Source: an uncultured Verrucomicrobiae bacterium
GTDB lineage: Bacteria > Verrucomicrobiota > Verrucomicrobiia > Palsa-1439
Length of the DNA stretch: 64,000 bases
NCBI GenBank assembly: GCA_963812605.1
Contig: CAWEWF010000014.1
Span: forward strand, 800,001-864,000
Reading direction: 5' to 3'
Part shown: piece after piece, positions 1-14,177 of the stretch
Layout: every line of letters begins with the position of its first letter
How positions within the stretch are numbered: the first letter of the stretch is position 1
Notes under the pieces: generated by a model
Databases searched by the model: none
What the model saw: only the letters and a program-made list of their open reading frames with translations
What the model was told of the DNA's origin: nothing
Made by a program: the position numbers and the translations under genes

Positions 1-3000
1 CACTTTGCGTAACATCTGGCGGACGATGATCTCAATGTGCTTGTCGTTGATTTCGACGCCTTGCAACCGGTAAACCTCCTGCACGTCGTTCACGAGATAC
101 TCCTGCAAGTCCTGCGGACCGCAAACCTCGAGGATTTCATGCGGCACAACCGGGCCTTCGGTCAATTGTTGGCCCTTCTTGACAGTGTCGCCCCGGAAAA
201 CAATGATGTGTTTCGAGTGCGGAATGAGATGCTCTTCTTCCGCGCCCGTCTTGGGGTCCTTCACAATGATCCGGCGTTTGCCGCGAACCGTACCAGCAAA
301 ATCGACAACCCCGTCAATCTTCGCGATTTCGGCGGCATCCTTCGGTCGGCGCGCCTCGAACAATTCCGCCACGCGCGGCAGACCACCCGTGATGTCCTTC
401 GTCTTGAAAACTTTTCGCGGCGTCTTGGCAACCAGCGCTCCTGGCTCCATCCGGCTGCCTTCCTCAACGACAATATGGGCTCCCGCGGGAATCGCGTAAA
501 ACGCAATCACCTCGCCGGCGGCGTTCACCAGATTTACCTGCGGGTGCAGGTCTTCCTTGTGCTCGATGACGACCGTACCCATCAGGCCCGTGGCTTCATC
601 GAGCTCGCGCTTCACAGTAATACCCTCGATCAAGTCATGGAACTTAACCGTGCCGGCGACCTCGGAAAGCACCGGCACGTTGTACGGGTCCCATTGCACG
701 AACACATCGCCCTTCTTCACGCGCCCGCCATCCAGTGTGGCAATCTCGGCGCCGACGACCACGGAGTAACGTTCCAATTCCCGTCCTTCGTCATTGCTAA
801 CGACAACCTGGCCGTTCTTGTTCAGTACGACCCAATTGCCTTCCGCGCGTTGGACCGCGCGCACGTCCTGATAATGAAGGACACCGTCGTTCTTGGCCTT
901 GATTTGGGGCTGCTTGAACACCTGGCTCGCGGTACCACCAATGTGGAAGGTGCGCATCGTGAGCTGTGTGCCCGGTTCGCCAATTGACTGCGCGGCAATG
1001 ATGCCGATCGCCTGGCCCAACTTCACCATTTTGCTCGTGGCCAGGTTGCGTCCGTAACACATCCCGCAGACTCCCCGGCGTGATTCGCAGGTGAGCACCG
1101 AACGAATCTTGATGCGTTCGATACCCAGCTTGTTGATCGCTTCCGCCGCCGCCTCGTCGATTTCGGTGTTGGCCTTCACGATCTTCTTTTTGCTGATCGG
1201 ATCGCTGATGTCTTCCGCGGCGATGCGCCCGATAATGCGCTCACTCAGTCTGACCACTTCATCTTCGCCCTCGAAGATCGGTTTGACCCAAATGCCATTG
1301 ACGGTCCCGCAATCTTCCTCGAGAACAATGACATCCTGCGCCACATCGACGAGCTTGCGCGTGAGATAGCCGGAGTCCGCGGTCTTGAGAGCGGTATCGG
1401 CCAGACCTTTGCGCGCGCCATGCGTCGAAATAAAGTATTCCAGCACGCTGAGTCCCTCGCGGAAGTTCGACAAGATCGGCCGCTCGATGATTTCACCCGA
1501 CGGCTTGGCCATCAATCCGCGCATACCCGCAAGCTGACGAATCTGCTGGCGCGAGCCGCGGGCCTTGCTGTCCACCATCATGAAGACCGGATTCAATTCC
1601 GCGCGGCCTTCATTGTGTTCCATCGCGGCATACATGATGTTGGAAATCTTGTCCGTCGCATGGGTCCAGATATCGATGATCTTGTTGTAACGCTCGCCGT
1701 CCGTAATGATGCCGCGACGGTACTGCTTCTCGACATCGGCGACATCTTTCAGCGCTTCTTCGATCACCACCGTCTTTTCCTTCGGCACAATCATGTCTTC
1801 AATGCCGATGGAGACTCCCGCCAGCGTGGCATGTTCAAAACCAAGGGCCTTGAGCTTGTCCAGGACCTCGACCGTCTTGGGATGTCCGGCGGTACGGTAG
1901 CACTGCCAGATAATGTCGCCCAAGGACGACTTATTGGTCGATCGGTTGATAAAACCGAGTTCCGGCGGCCAGATTTCGTTGAAGAGCACACGCCCGACCG
2001 TGGTCTCAATGACTTTCGATGTGGGATCGCCGTACACTGTCGTGCGACCGTAATCCGGATTCTTCAAGCGAATGCGCTCGTGCGTCTTCACGTCACGCTC
2101 GTCGTGGCAGAAGAACACTTCTTGTGCGTCAGAGAACAACTTCAGGCGCTTGGTTTCGCCACTGCGGTCCTTCTTGCCGCCATGCGTGAGGTAGTACACG
2201 CCCAAGGCGATGTCCTGCGTCGGCGTCGTGATCGGCTTGCCACTCGAAGGTGAGAAGATATTGTTCGGCGCGAGCATGAGCAGCCGCGCTTCCATCTGGG
2301 CCTCGACGGACAGCGGCACGTGCACGGCCATCTGGTCGCCGTCGAAGTCCGCATTGTAGGCGGTGCAAACCAGCGGATGGATCCGGATGGCGTCGCCTTC
2401 GATGAGTTGCGGCTCGAACGCCTGAATGGACAGGCGATGCAGCGTCGGAGCGCGATTAAGCAGAACGGGATGTCCCTTGCTGACCTCTTCGAGAATGTCC
2501 CAGACCTCGGGCGATTGCCGCTCGATCAGCTTTTTCGCAGAACGAATCGTATGAACCAAACCCATTTCGCGCAGCCGGCGGATGATAAACGGCTCGAACA
2601 GCACCAGCGCCATTTTCTTGGGCAACCCGCATTGGTTCAACTTCAACTCGGGACCGATGACAATAACGGAGCGTCCGGAATAATCCACGCGCTTCCCAAG
2701 CAGATTTTGGCGGAAACGGCCCTTGCTTGCCCTTGAGCATATCCGCCAGGGATTTCAGGGAACGGCTGCCCGCGCCCGTGACTGGCCGGCCATGGCGTCC
2801 GTTGTCGAGCAAGGCATCCACTGCTTCCTGCAACATGCGCTTCTCGTTGCGAATGATGACATCGGGCGTGCGCAATTGCAGCAGGTTCTTGAGGCGGTTA
2901 TTCCGGTTGATCACGCGGCGATACAAATCATTGAGATCGCTGGTGGCAAAACGTCCGCCTTCCAACGGAACCAGTGGACGGAGATCCGGCGGAATCACCG

Positions 3001-3768
3001 GCAACACTTCAAGGATCATCCATTCCGGACGCATCTTGGAATTGAGAAAACCCTTCGCGAGCTTCAACCGCTTGGCAATCTTCTTGCGGATCTGTTTGCT
3101 CTTGGTCGCGTCGAGTTGATGTTCCAACTCGTGCGCGAGTTTGCGCAGGTCAATTTTCGCCAGGGATTCCTTCACGGCCTCGGCGCCCATCTTGGCGGCA
3201 AAGCCGTCGGCGTATTGCTCACGGGCCTCACGGTACTCCATCTCGGTGAGCAACTGCTTGTCCTTCAGTGGCGTCTTGCCCGGATCGACGACCATGTAAT
3301 CTTCGTAATACAACACGCGTTCGAGATCACGCGCCGTCATGTCCAGCATCAGGCCCATGCGCGACGGCATGCACTTGAAAAACCAAATATGGCTGACCGG
3401 CACCGCCAATTCGATGTGGCCCATGCGTTCCCGGCGCACGCGGGCCAGCGTCACCTCGACGCCGCAACGATCACAGATCACGCCGCGATGCTTGATGCGC
3501 TTGTACTTGCCGCAATTACATTCCCAATCACGCACCGGACCGAAAATCCGTTCACAAAACAGACCGCCCTTTTCCGGCTTAAATGTGCGGTAGTTGATCG
3601 TTTCCGGGTTCTTGACTTCCCCGTGTGACCAGGAGCGAATCGTGTCCGGCGATGCCACGCCGATGCTGACTTGGTCGAAGGTGTCCGCTTTCTCCAAACC
3701 GAGCGCGGCGCGCGCGGCCGCGGTGGCTGCCGCGACGGAGGGTAATGAGGTTCCAGGTTTTGCTGCGA

Positions 3769-3772
<4 letters not shown>
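1..3772 (-). CDS. rpoC: RNA polymerase beta' subunit, 3'-partial (runs off window), with a +1 frameshift at about 2720-2722
   Basis: ORF 2456..3817 has ETINYRT, the Zn finger, GHIELA and [13 protein letters not shown]. It breaks at KGKQG; [16 protein letters not shown] and [10 protein letters not shown] continue in another frame. Start taken as the ATG overlapping the rpoB stop (ATGA). Confidence 0.97.
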
Positions 3773-7563
<3,791 letters not shown>

Positions 7564-7620
7564 TGCTTACTTCCCGGGCATTGCTGCCCTCTGACTGCTG
7601 CTGTTTGCCAACCGGTTTCA

Positions 7621-7648
7621 TGGGGACGCGGCGCGAACCGCGTCTCCA
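7621..7648 (-). other. hairpin in rplL-rpoB intergenic region, possible attenuator or processing site
   Basis: TGGGGACGCGG-CGCGAA-CCGCGTCTCCA inverted repeat. Confidence 0.35.
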
Positions 7649-7671
7649 CCCGAATCCCTGCGAATGAAAAA

Positions 7672-8052
7672 CTACTTGAGCTCGACCTTGGCGCCGGCCG
7701 CCTCGAGCTTCTTCTTGATCTCCTCGGCTTCTTCCTTCGTGGCGCCTTCCTTGACGGTCTTCGGAGCGCCTTCGACCAAATCCTTGGCCTCTTTCAAGCC
7801 AAGGCTGGTCACCGCGCGAACTTCCTTGATCACGCCAATCTTGTTCGCGCCCGTTTCCTTCAAAACAACGTCAAAGGTCGTCTTGACTTCGGCTGCCGGA
7901 GCCGCCGCGCCGCCGCCCGCCGGGCCTGCCGCCGCGACCGGAGCCGCCGCGCTCACGCCCCATTTCTCTTCGAGCTTCTTCGAGAGCTCCGCGGCTTCAA
8001 TGACCGTCAGGACGCTCAGTTGTTCAACAATTTGATCCAGATTCGCTGCCAT
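7672..8052 (-). CDS. rplL: 50S ribosomal protein L7/L12
   Basis: [12 protein letters not shown] hinge, [24 protein letters not shown]. Confidence 0.99.
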   Translation of the reverse strand: MAANLDQIVEQLSVLTVIEAAELSKKLEEKWGVSAAAPVAAAGPAGGGAAAPAAEVKTTFDVVLKETGANKIGVIKEVRAVTSLGLKEAKDLVEGAPKTVKEGATKEEAEEIKKKLEAAGAKVELK

Positions 8053-8149
8053 GTTCGTATCCTTTTCTCGGTATCGTCGCGCTCCAGAGCTTTGGAGCCA
8101 TTACCCCCGAAAGCCTTCGGGGCGACGAGGAACCATTTGGTTTCAACCA

Positions 8150-8692
8150 CTACGCGGGAGCCGCGACTGCTGCGACACCCTGTTTCTCGGCGTGAGCCTT
8201 CAGCACACGCGCAATTTGACTCGCGGGCGCGCCGAGCACCACCGCGATGCGGGTCGCCGGCGTCTGCAACAGGCCCACCAGTTGCGCCCGCAGCACGTCC
8301 AATGAAGGGAGATCGGCAACCGCCGAAATCTCCTCCACGCTTAGTGCCTTCTTGCCAAGTGACCCGACCTTGAACTTCGGTTTCTCAAATTCCTTGCCGA
8401 ACTGCTTCAACACCTTGGCCACCGCGCCGATGTCGGCCTTCTCGTTCCCGACGACCACGGCGGTCATACCGCCAAAGTCGCGGTCGAATTCCGGCAACTC
8501 GGCGGCCTTCATCGCATGACGCAACATCGTGTTCTTCGCCACGTGATATTCGGCTTTTGCGCCACGCAGCCGCTTCCGCAACTCGGTGAACTGTGCCACG
8601 GTCATGCCCCTGTACTCGGTCAGGATCACGAACGGCGAGGAGCCGACCTGCTTCTTCAAATCCTCAACAATCAGTTGTTTCTCTGGTCTCAT
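8150..8692 (-). CDS. rplJ: 50S ribosomal protein L10
   Basis: EYRGMTVAQFTELRK, VAKNTM; position between rplA and rplL. Confidence 0.97.
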   Translation of the reverse strand: MRPEKQLIVEDLKKQVGSSPFVILTEYRGMTVAQFTELRKRLRGAKAEYHVAKNTMLRHAMKAAELPEFDRDFGGMTAVVVGNEKADIGAVAKVLKQFGKEFEKPKFKVGSLGKKALSVEEISAVADLPSLDVLRAQLVGLLQTPATRIAVVLGAPASQIARVLKAHAEKQGVAAVAAPA

Positions 8693-8707
8693 GAAAGTCG
8701 TTACCCC

Positions 8708-9412
8708 TTAGCTCAAACTCGCCGAAAACTCGTGATGATCGATACTAATCCCCGGACTCATCGTGCTCGACAGCGTGCACGTCTCGATGAAATGGCCTTT
8801 CGCTGTCGGCGGTTTCGCGTGAACAACAGCGTTAATGACCGCTTTGGCGTTTTCTTCAATGGCTTTGCCTTCAAACGAAAGTTTGCCGAACGAAACGTGC
8901 AAGTTGGCGGCCTTGTCCATCTTGAACTCCACGCGGCCCGCCTTCACTTCCTTGACGGCTTTCGCCGTGTCGTCCGTGACGGTGCCCGTCTTCGGGTTCG
9001 GCATCAGCCCTCTTGGGCCGAGCGCTTTGCCGAGTTTGCGAACTTCCTGCATCGCTTCCGGCGTTGCCACGGCCACATCGAAATCGGTCCACCCCTCCTG
9101 GCACTTCTTCACAAGATCTTCCATCCCAACGAAGTCCGCGCCGGCATCCTTGGCCGCCTGCGCCGCCGCACCCTTCGCAAAAACGGCCACGCGAACCTTT
9201 TTGCCGCTACCGTGCGGGAGCGCCACGGTGCCGCGAACCATCTGGTCGCTCTGCTTGGGATCGACACCCAATTTGAACGCCAGTTCAACGGTCTCGTCAA
9301 ATTTCGGCTTGGGCAATTTCTTGAGAAGCTCGACCGCTTCGCCAATTTTATAGTGGCGCTTTGAATCGACCTGCTTGACTGCCTCGTTATAGCGTTTGCC
9401 GTGTGTTGCCAT
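8708..9412 (-). CDS. rplA: 50S ribosomal protein L1
   Basis: KFDETVE, LGPRGLMPNPKTGTVT. Confidence 0.99.
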   Translation of the reverse strand: MATHGKRYNEAVKQVDSKRHYKIGEAVELLKKLPKPKFDETVELAFKLGVDPKQSDQMVRGTVALPHGSGKKVRVAVFAKGAAAQAAKDAGADFVGMEDLVKKCQEGWTDFDVAVATPEAMQEVRKLGKALGPRGLMPNPKTGTVTDDTAKAVKEVKAGRVEFKMDKAANLHVSFGKLSFEGKAIEENAKAVINAVVHAKPPTAKGHFIETCTLSSTMSPGISIDHHEFSASLS

Positions 9413-9429
9413 AAAAACCTCGAAATGCC

Positions 9430-9858
9430 CTAATCGACCACGTCGATGCCCATGCTGCGCGCGGTGCCCGCGATTACGCGGCAGGCCGCGTCCTCGCTGC
9501 GAGAGTTCAGATCCGCCATCTTCGCCTTCGCGATCTCGAGAACCTGTTTGCGGGTGACCTTGCCGACCTTGTTGCGGTTCGGCTCGGCGCTGGCCGTCGC
9601 GATGCCGGCGGCCTTCTTCAGCAGCGCGCTGGCAGGCGGCGACTTGGTAATGAATGTGAAAGTCTTGTCTTTATAGACGGTGATGATGACAGGAACGATC
9701 GTCCCCGCGATTTTCTGGGTCGCCGCGTTGAATTGCTTGCAGAACTCCATGATATTGACGCCCTGCTGGCCGAGCGCCGGGCCGACGGGCGGCGCCGGGT
9801 TCGCCTGACCTGCCGGAATCTGCAATTTGATCATGCCCGTGACTGGTTTGCCTGCCAT
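9430..9858 (-). CDS. rplK: 50S ribosomal protein L11
   Basis: [27 protein letters not shown]. Confidence 0.99.
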   Translation of the reverse strand: MAGKPVTGMIKLQIPAGQANPAPPVGPALGQQGVNIMEFCKQFNAATQKIAGTIVPVIITVYKDKTFTFITKSPPASALLKKAAGIATASAEPNRNKVGKVTRKQVLEIAKAKMADLNSRSEDAACRVIAGTARSMGIDVVD

Positions 9859-9867
9859 ATTCCCTCG

Positions 9868-10434
9868 CTACGAGCGTTCCACCTGCCAGTATTCCAACTC
9901 GACCGGCGTTGAACGTCCGAAAATTGAAACTGAAATCTTCAACTTGCCGCGGTCGGGATCGATTTCGTCGATCACGCCCGTGAAGTTCTGGAACGGTCCG
10001 TCATTGACCTTGACCGTTTCGCCCTTCTCGAAGGCGACCTTCGGGGCCACCTTTTCCTGACGCTCCTCGATCTGCGCCAGGATGCTTTCGACTTCATCCT
10101 GCTTTAAGGGCACGGGGCGCTCTCCACCGATGAAACCGATAATCCCGGGCGTTTCGCGGACGAAATACCAGGGGCGATCGAGCAATTGGTTCTTCTCATC
10201 CAGCAATCGCATGTGGACCAGGATATACCCGGGGTAAAACTTCCGGGTACTGGTCGTCTTTTTGCCTTTCTTGACTTCCGCAACCTTCTCCGTCGGGATC
10301 AGCACCTCTTTGATCAGGTCCCCCATTTCCTCGACTTTGAGGCGTTTTTCGATGCTGTCCTTCACCTTCTGTTCCTGGCCAGAGAGTGTGTGGAGCACGA
10401 ACCACTGAAACTCGGATTTTATCGCAGATTCCAT
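9868..10434 (-). CDS. nusG: transcription termination/antitermination factor NusG
   Basis: NGN domain (FYPGYILV) plus KOW (DGPFQNFTG, IFGRSTPVEL). Confidence 0.98.
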   Translation of the reverse strand: MESAIKSEFQWFVLHTLSGQEQKVKDSIEKRLKVEEMGDLIKEVLIPTEKVAEVKKGKKTTSTRKFYPGYILVHMRLLDEKNQLLDRPWYFVRETPGIIGFIGGERPVPLKQDEVESILAQIEERQEKVAPKVAFEKGETVKVNDGPFQNFTGVIDEIDPDRGKLKISVSIFGRSTPVELEYWQVERS

Positions 10435-10447
10435 CTCGTTTCTTTCG

Positions 10448-10642
10448 TTACCGGGTCAGGAAGGCAATGATCCTCAAGAACACCAGGTCCGCCAGCGCGA
10501 CGAATACGCCCAGAACCAACACCGTGACAATCACGACGACCGTTGAGTCGATCAACTCCTTGCGTGTCGGCCAAGACGACTTCTTTAGTTCGATCCAGAC
10601 CTCTGCCAAAAAATCCCGCACTCTGAGAAATGGGTTTGTCAT
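10448..10642 (-). CDS. secE: preprotein translocase subunit SecE
   Basis: ELKKSSWPTRKEL plus one TM helix; canonical position. Confidence 0.95.
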   Translation of the reverse strand: MTNPFLRVRDFLAEVWIELKKSSWPTRKELIDSTVVVIVTVLVLGVFVALADLVFLRIIAFLTR

Positions 10643-10728
10643 CTGTTGCTATTCTCTTTCGCCTTCGCGCGCCACCGCACTCCCACCAACCTGCCTCCCA
10701 GGAACGCCGGCCCCGATTTCATCGAAGC

Positions 10729-10804
10729 TGGCACGCCAGGAGGGACTTGAACCCCCAACCTACGGTTTTGGAGACCGTCGCTCTGCCAATTGAGCTACTG
10801 GCGT
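10729..10804 (-). tRNA. tRNA-Trp (CCA)
   Basis: Reverse complement ACGCCAG...ACGGT-CTCCAAA-ACCGT...GGTTCAAGTCC...CTGGCGT-G-CCA forms a cloverleaf. Confidence 0.97.
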
Positions 10805-10846
10805 ATCCGTACTGCGGTCTCGTCCGCCTCAAACCTCCCTGCACGC

Positions 10847-11002
10847 CTACTTGGTTTCGCGATGGGCAATGTGCTTGCCGCATTTTGGACAAAACTTGCG
10901 CAACTCCAGCCGCTCGGAACCCTGCGCCTTCTTGTTTCGCGTCGACGTGTAGTTGCGGCTCTTGCACTCCGTGCAGGCCATCGTGATCAACTCTCTCGGC
11001 AT
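10847..11002 (-). CDS. rpmG: 50S ribosomal protein L33, Zn-ribbon form
   Basis: Hand translation [51 protein letters not shown] (51 aa; below ORF-track cutoff). Confidence 0.96.
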   Translation of the reverse strand: MPRELITMACTECKSRNYTSTRNKKAQGSERLELRKFCPKCGKHIAHRETK

Positions 11003-11030
11003 TTGGCGTCAGCTCCCCGAACCTTCATTC

Positions 11031-12221
11031 CTATTCTACAATTTCAGTCACGCGTCCCGCCCCGACGGTGCGACCGCCTTCGCGAATGGCGAAGCGCATC
11101 GTCTTCTCCATCGCAATCGGAGTGATCAACTCAATTTCCATGTTCACGTTGTCGCCGGGCATCACCATCTCGACGCCCTGCGGCAATTTCGCCACGCCCG
11201 TGACATCCGTGGTGCGGAAATAGAACTGCGGGCGATAGCCATTGAAGAACGGCGTGTGACGGCCACCTTCGTCCTTGCTCAGGACGTACACTTCGGCCTT
11301 GAACTTCTTGTGCGGCTTGATCGAACCGGGCTTGGCCAGCACCTGACCGCGCTCGATACCTTCCTTTTCAATGCCGCGCAGGAGCAGGCCGACATTGTCC
11401 CCCGCCTCCGCCTGGTCCAGGATCTTGCGGAACATTTCCACACCGGTCACGACCGTTTTCGCGGTGTCGCGCAAGCCGACGATTTCAACTTCTTCACCGA
11501 CCTTGACCGTGCCGCGCTCCACGCGACCCGTCGCCACGGTGCCGCGACCTGTGATCGAAAACACATCTTCGACGGGCATCAGGAACGGTTTGTCAATTTC
11601 GCGGGTGGGCTGCGGAATGAACTCGTCAACCGCCTTCACCAACTCCAAAAGTTGCTTCTCCGCCTCGGCTTCGCCCGCCAGCGCTTTCGAAGCGCTCACC
11701 CGAACCACCGGCACTTTGTCACCGGGGAATTGATACGCGGAGAGCAGTTCGCGAACTTCGAGTTCGACGAGGTCCAGCAGTTCCGCATCATCGACCAGAT
11801 CCACTTTGTTCAGGGCCACAACAATCGCGGGCACCCCAACCTGGCGAGCCAACAGGATGTGTTCGCGCGTCTGCGGCATCGGGCCGTCCGCGGCGCTGAC
11901 GACGAGAATCGCGCCGTCCATCTGCGCGGCGCCCGTGATCATGTTCTTCACGTAATCCGCATGGCCCGGACAATCGACGTGCGCATAGTGACGCTTGTCG
12001 CTTTCGTATTCGACATGCGCGGCGGCGATCGTAACCGTCTTGGTTTCATCGCGTACCGTACCACCCTTGGCGATATCCGCGTAACTCTTGATTTCCGCCT
12101 TGCCCGTTTTGCTCAAGACCGCAAGCAGCGATGCCGTTAACGTGGTCTTGCCATGGTCGATGTGACCGATCGTTCCGACATTGGCATGCGGCTTTGTACG
12201 TTCAAATTTTCCTTTGGCCAT
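11031..12221 (-). CDS. tuf: elongation factor Tu
   Basis: [32 protein letters not shown]. Confidence 0.99.
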   Translation of the reverse strand: MAKGKFERTKPHANVGTIGHIDHGKTTLTASLLAVLSKTGKAEIKSYADIAKGGTVRDETKTVTIAAAHVEYESDKRHYAHVDCPGHADYVKNMITGAAQMDGAILVVSAADGPMPQTREHILLARQVGVPAIVVALNKVDLVDDAELLDLVELEVRELLSAYQFPGDKVPVVRVSASKALAGEAEAEKQLLELVKAVDEFIPQPTREIDKPFLMPVEDVFSITGRGTVATGRVERGTVKVGEEVEIVGLRDTAKTVVTGVEMFRKILDQAEAGDNVGLLLRGIEKEGIERGQVLAKPGSIKPHKKFKAEVYVLSKDEGGRHTPFFNGYRPQFYFRTTDVTGVAKLPQGVEMVMPGDNVNMEIELITPIAMEKTMRFAIREGGRTVGAGRVTEIVE

Positions 12222-12319
12222 GCTGTCCTCCTGTCTGCTTACTTAACATTAAATGTGCTCTTCGATGAGCTGTCCTACTCAACTCCCACTCGCAGCAGCA
12301 CTCTTCTAATCCGTAATAC

Positions 12320-12395
12320 TGGAGCCCACGATCGGGTTTGAACCGATGACCTCGTCCTTACCAAGGACGTGCTCTACCAACTGAGCTACGTGGGC
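12320..12395 (-). tRNA. tRNA-Thr (GGT)
   Basis: Reverse complement GCCCACG...CGTCC-TTGGTAA-GGACG...GGTTCAAACCC...CGTGGGC-T-CCA. Confidence 0.97.
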
Positions 12396-12610
12396 AACAT
12401 TTTTCCAAGATTGTCTCGCGTATCCATTTTTTCGGGAACGCCTCCCGAAAAAAACCCCGGCGAAAACACTCTAGACACAAAAAGACGTAAGAACCCTCCC
12501 CTTCTGTTTCCTTAGTTTCTCTCTCAAGGAAACAGTCGGCGGGTCCTAACTACGCCGTGTTAACTTGCCTGTCTATTGTACTGTTTTTCCCCCAATTAGC
12601 GGGTGACGGG

Positions 12611-12638
12611 ACTATAGCGGATTATCTCCGAGTGTCAA
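12611..12638 (-). promoter_or_regulatory. sigma70 promoter of the tRNA-Thr-tuf operon
   Basis: TTGACA-16 nt-TATAGT on the minus strand. Confidence 0.7.
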
Positions 12639-12676
12639 CACCTCTCTTTGCGAATTCTGATCGGGAATAAATCCGA

Positions 12677-13984
12677 TCAAATTCGGGCACCCGCCGGGAT
12701 GACCGCATTCTTGGGGATGATGACAATCCCATCGCGAATAAAATAGTTCGGCCCGTCGAAGTCCGGACACTTACTTTTATCCGTAATCACCACGCCCTCA
12801 CCGATGTGCACGTTTTTGTCGATAATAGCCCGCTCGATTTTCGACCCGCGTCCGATGCTCATGTGCGGTATGCCCATCGCATCTTCTTCGAGCATTTCGT
12901 GTTGCGTCTCATAAAAGTCGCATCCCATGATGATCGTATCGCGCAATTCGCAATCGGTCCCGATGAACGAGCGAACGCCCACGATTGTATTCTCGATGCG
13001 GGAACGCAGGATGACGCAGCCGTCCGCGATCAGGGCCGTGCGGATATCACTTTCCACCACTTTCGATGCCGGCAGGAACCGGGCGTGCGTGTAGACCGGC
13101 GCGTCACGGTCGAAAAAATTGAACGATGGCTTGAGCGAACAGAGGGCAAGGTTCGCGTCGAAGAACGAGCGAATGGTCCCCACGTCCTCCCAATATCCCT
13201 GAAAAATGTAGGCCGAAACCCGATGCCGCCCGATCGCGTCGGGAATGATGTGCTTGCCGAAGTCCGTCTTGTCGTTGTCCAGCACCTTGCGGAGAATTTC
13301 GCGGTTGAATACGTAAATGCCCATCGACGCGAGATAGTGGTCCTGGCTGCTGGTGATGCGGACGTGCGAAAGTAACGGGTCCTGGAGCTTCAGCTCATCC
13401 AGCAAGTTTTCATCCTTCGGTTTTTCCACAAAGCGCACAATCCGCTTTTCCTCGTTCACCTGCAAAATGCCCAGCGACGTTGCTTCTGCTCGCGTCACCG
13501 GAATCGTGGCAATCGTAATGTCCGCATAGCTCTCCACGTGTTGTTGAAGGACCCTCCGAAAATCCATGCGATACAGTTGGTCGCCCGACAGGATCACGAT
13601 ATACTCGTAATCCTGCTCCAAAAAATACCGCAGATTCTGGCGCACGGCATCGGCGGTTCCCTGGTACCAGCTCGATCCGCCCGTCGTCTGCTGGGCAGCG
13701 AGGATTTCCACAAAGCCCCGCGAAAACCGGTCAAACGCGTAGCTCTGGTGAATATGGCGGTGTAACGATGCCGAGTTGAACTGCGTGAGGATGTAAATGT
13801 GGCGGATATTCGAATTGATGCAATTGCTGATGGGAATATCGACCAGGCGGTACTTGCCCGCGATCGGAACAGCGGGCTTCGAACGTTCCTTGGTCAATGG
13901 AAAAAGCCGGCGGCCTTCCCCTCCGCCCATGATGACACCGAGGACATTCGTGGGCGTTACCGGCCTGAGTCCAAGTGGAGCCAT
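12677..13984 (-). CDS. glgC: glucose-1-phosphate adenylyltransferase
   Basis: GGGEGRRLFPLT, KPAVPIAGKYRLVDIPISNC, WYQGTADAV, ILSGDQLY, SMGIYVF. Confidence 0.97.
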   Translation of the reverse strand: MAPLGLRPVTPTNVLGVIMGGGEGRRLFPLTKERSKPAVPIAGKYRLVDIPISNCINSNIRHIYILTQFNSASLHRHIHQSYAFDRFSRGFVEILAAQQTTGGSSWYQGTADAVRQNLRYFLEQDYEYIVILSGDQLYRMDFRRVLQQHVESYADITIATIPVTRAEATSLGILQVNEEKRIVRFVEKPKDENLLDELKLQDPLLSHVRITSSQDHYLASMGIYVFNREILRKVLDNDKTDFGKHIIPDAIGRHRVSAYIFQGYWEDVGTIRSFFDANLALCSLKPSFNFFDRDAPVYTHARFLPASKVVESDIRTALIADGCVILRSRIENTIVGVRSFIGTDCELRDTIIMGCDFYETQHEMLEEDAMGIPHMSIGRGSKIERAIIDKNVHIGEGVVITDKSKCPDFDGPNYFIRDGIVIIPKNAVIPAGARI

Positions 13985-14019
13985 GTATGATACTAGTCAA
14001 ACGCCCAGCATCGCGTCAA

Positions 14020-14047
14020 TTGACAATCTGCTGAAACTGGATACAGT
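14020..14047 (+). promoter_or_regulatory. sigma70 promoter of glmS
   Basis: TTGACA-16 nt-TACAGT. Confidence 0.6.
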
Positions 14048-14177
14048 AACCAGCGTCGGCAGTAAAAAAACAAACGCGATTCGAAGTCCACGCAATTGTG
14101 ATTCGCCATCGCTGCCGACGCCCGGATATTTCGGGCGGTAGAATCATCGTCGCGCGACTTCAGATAAGGACCGTACC

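Noticed and set aside
14052-14177. Canonical glmS ribozyme
   Set aside because: GACGAGG and P2.1 core nucleotides are missing; kept only as a structured leader
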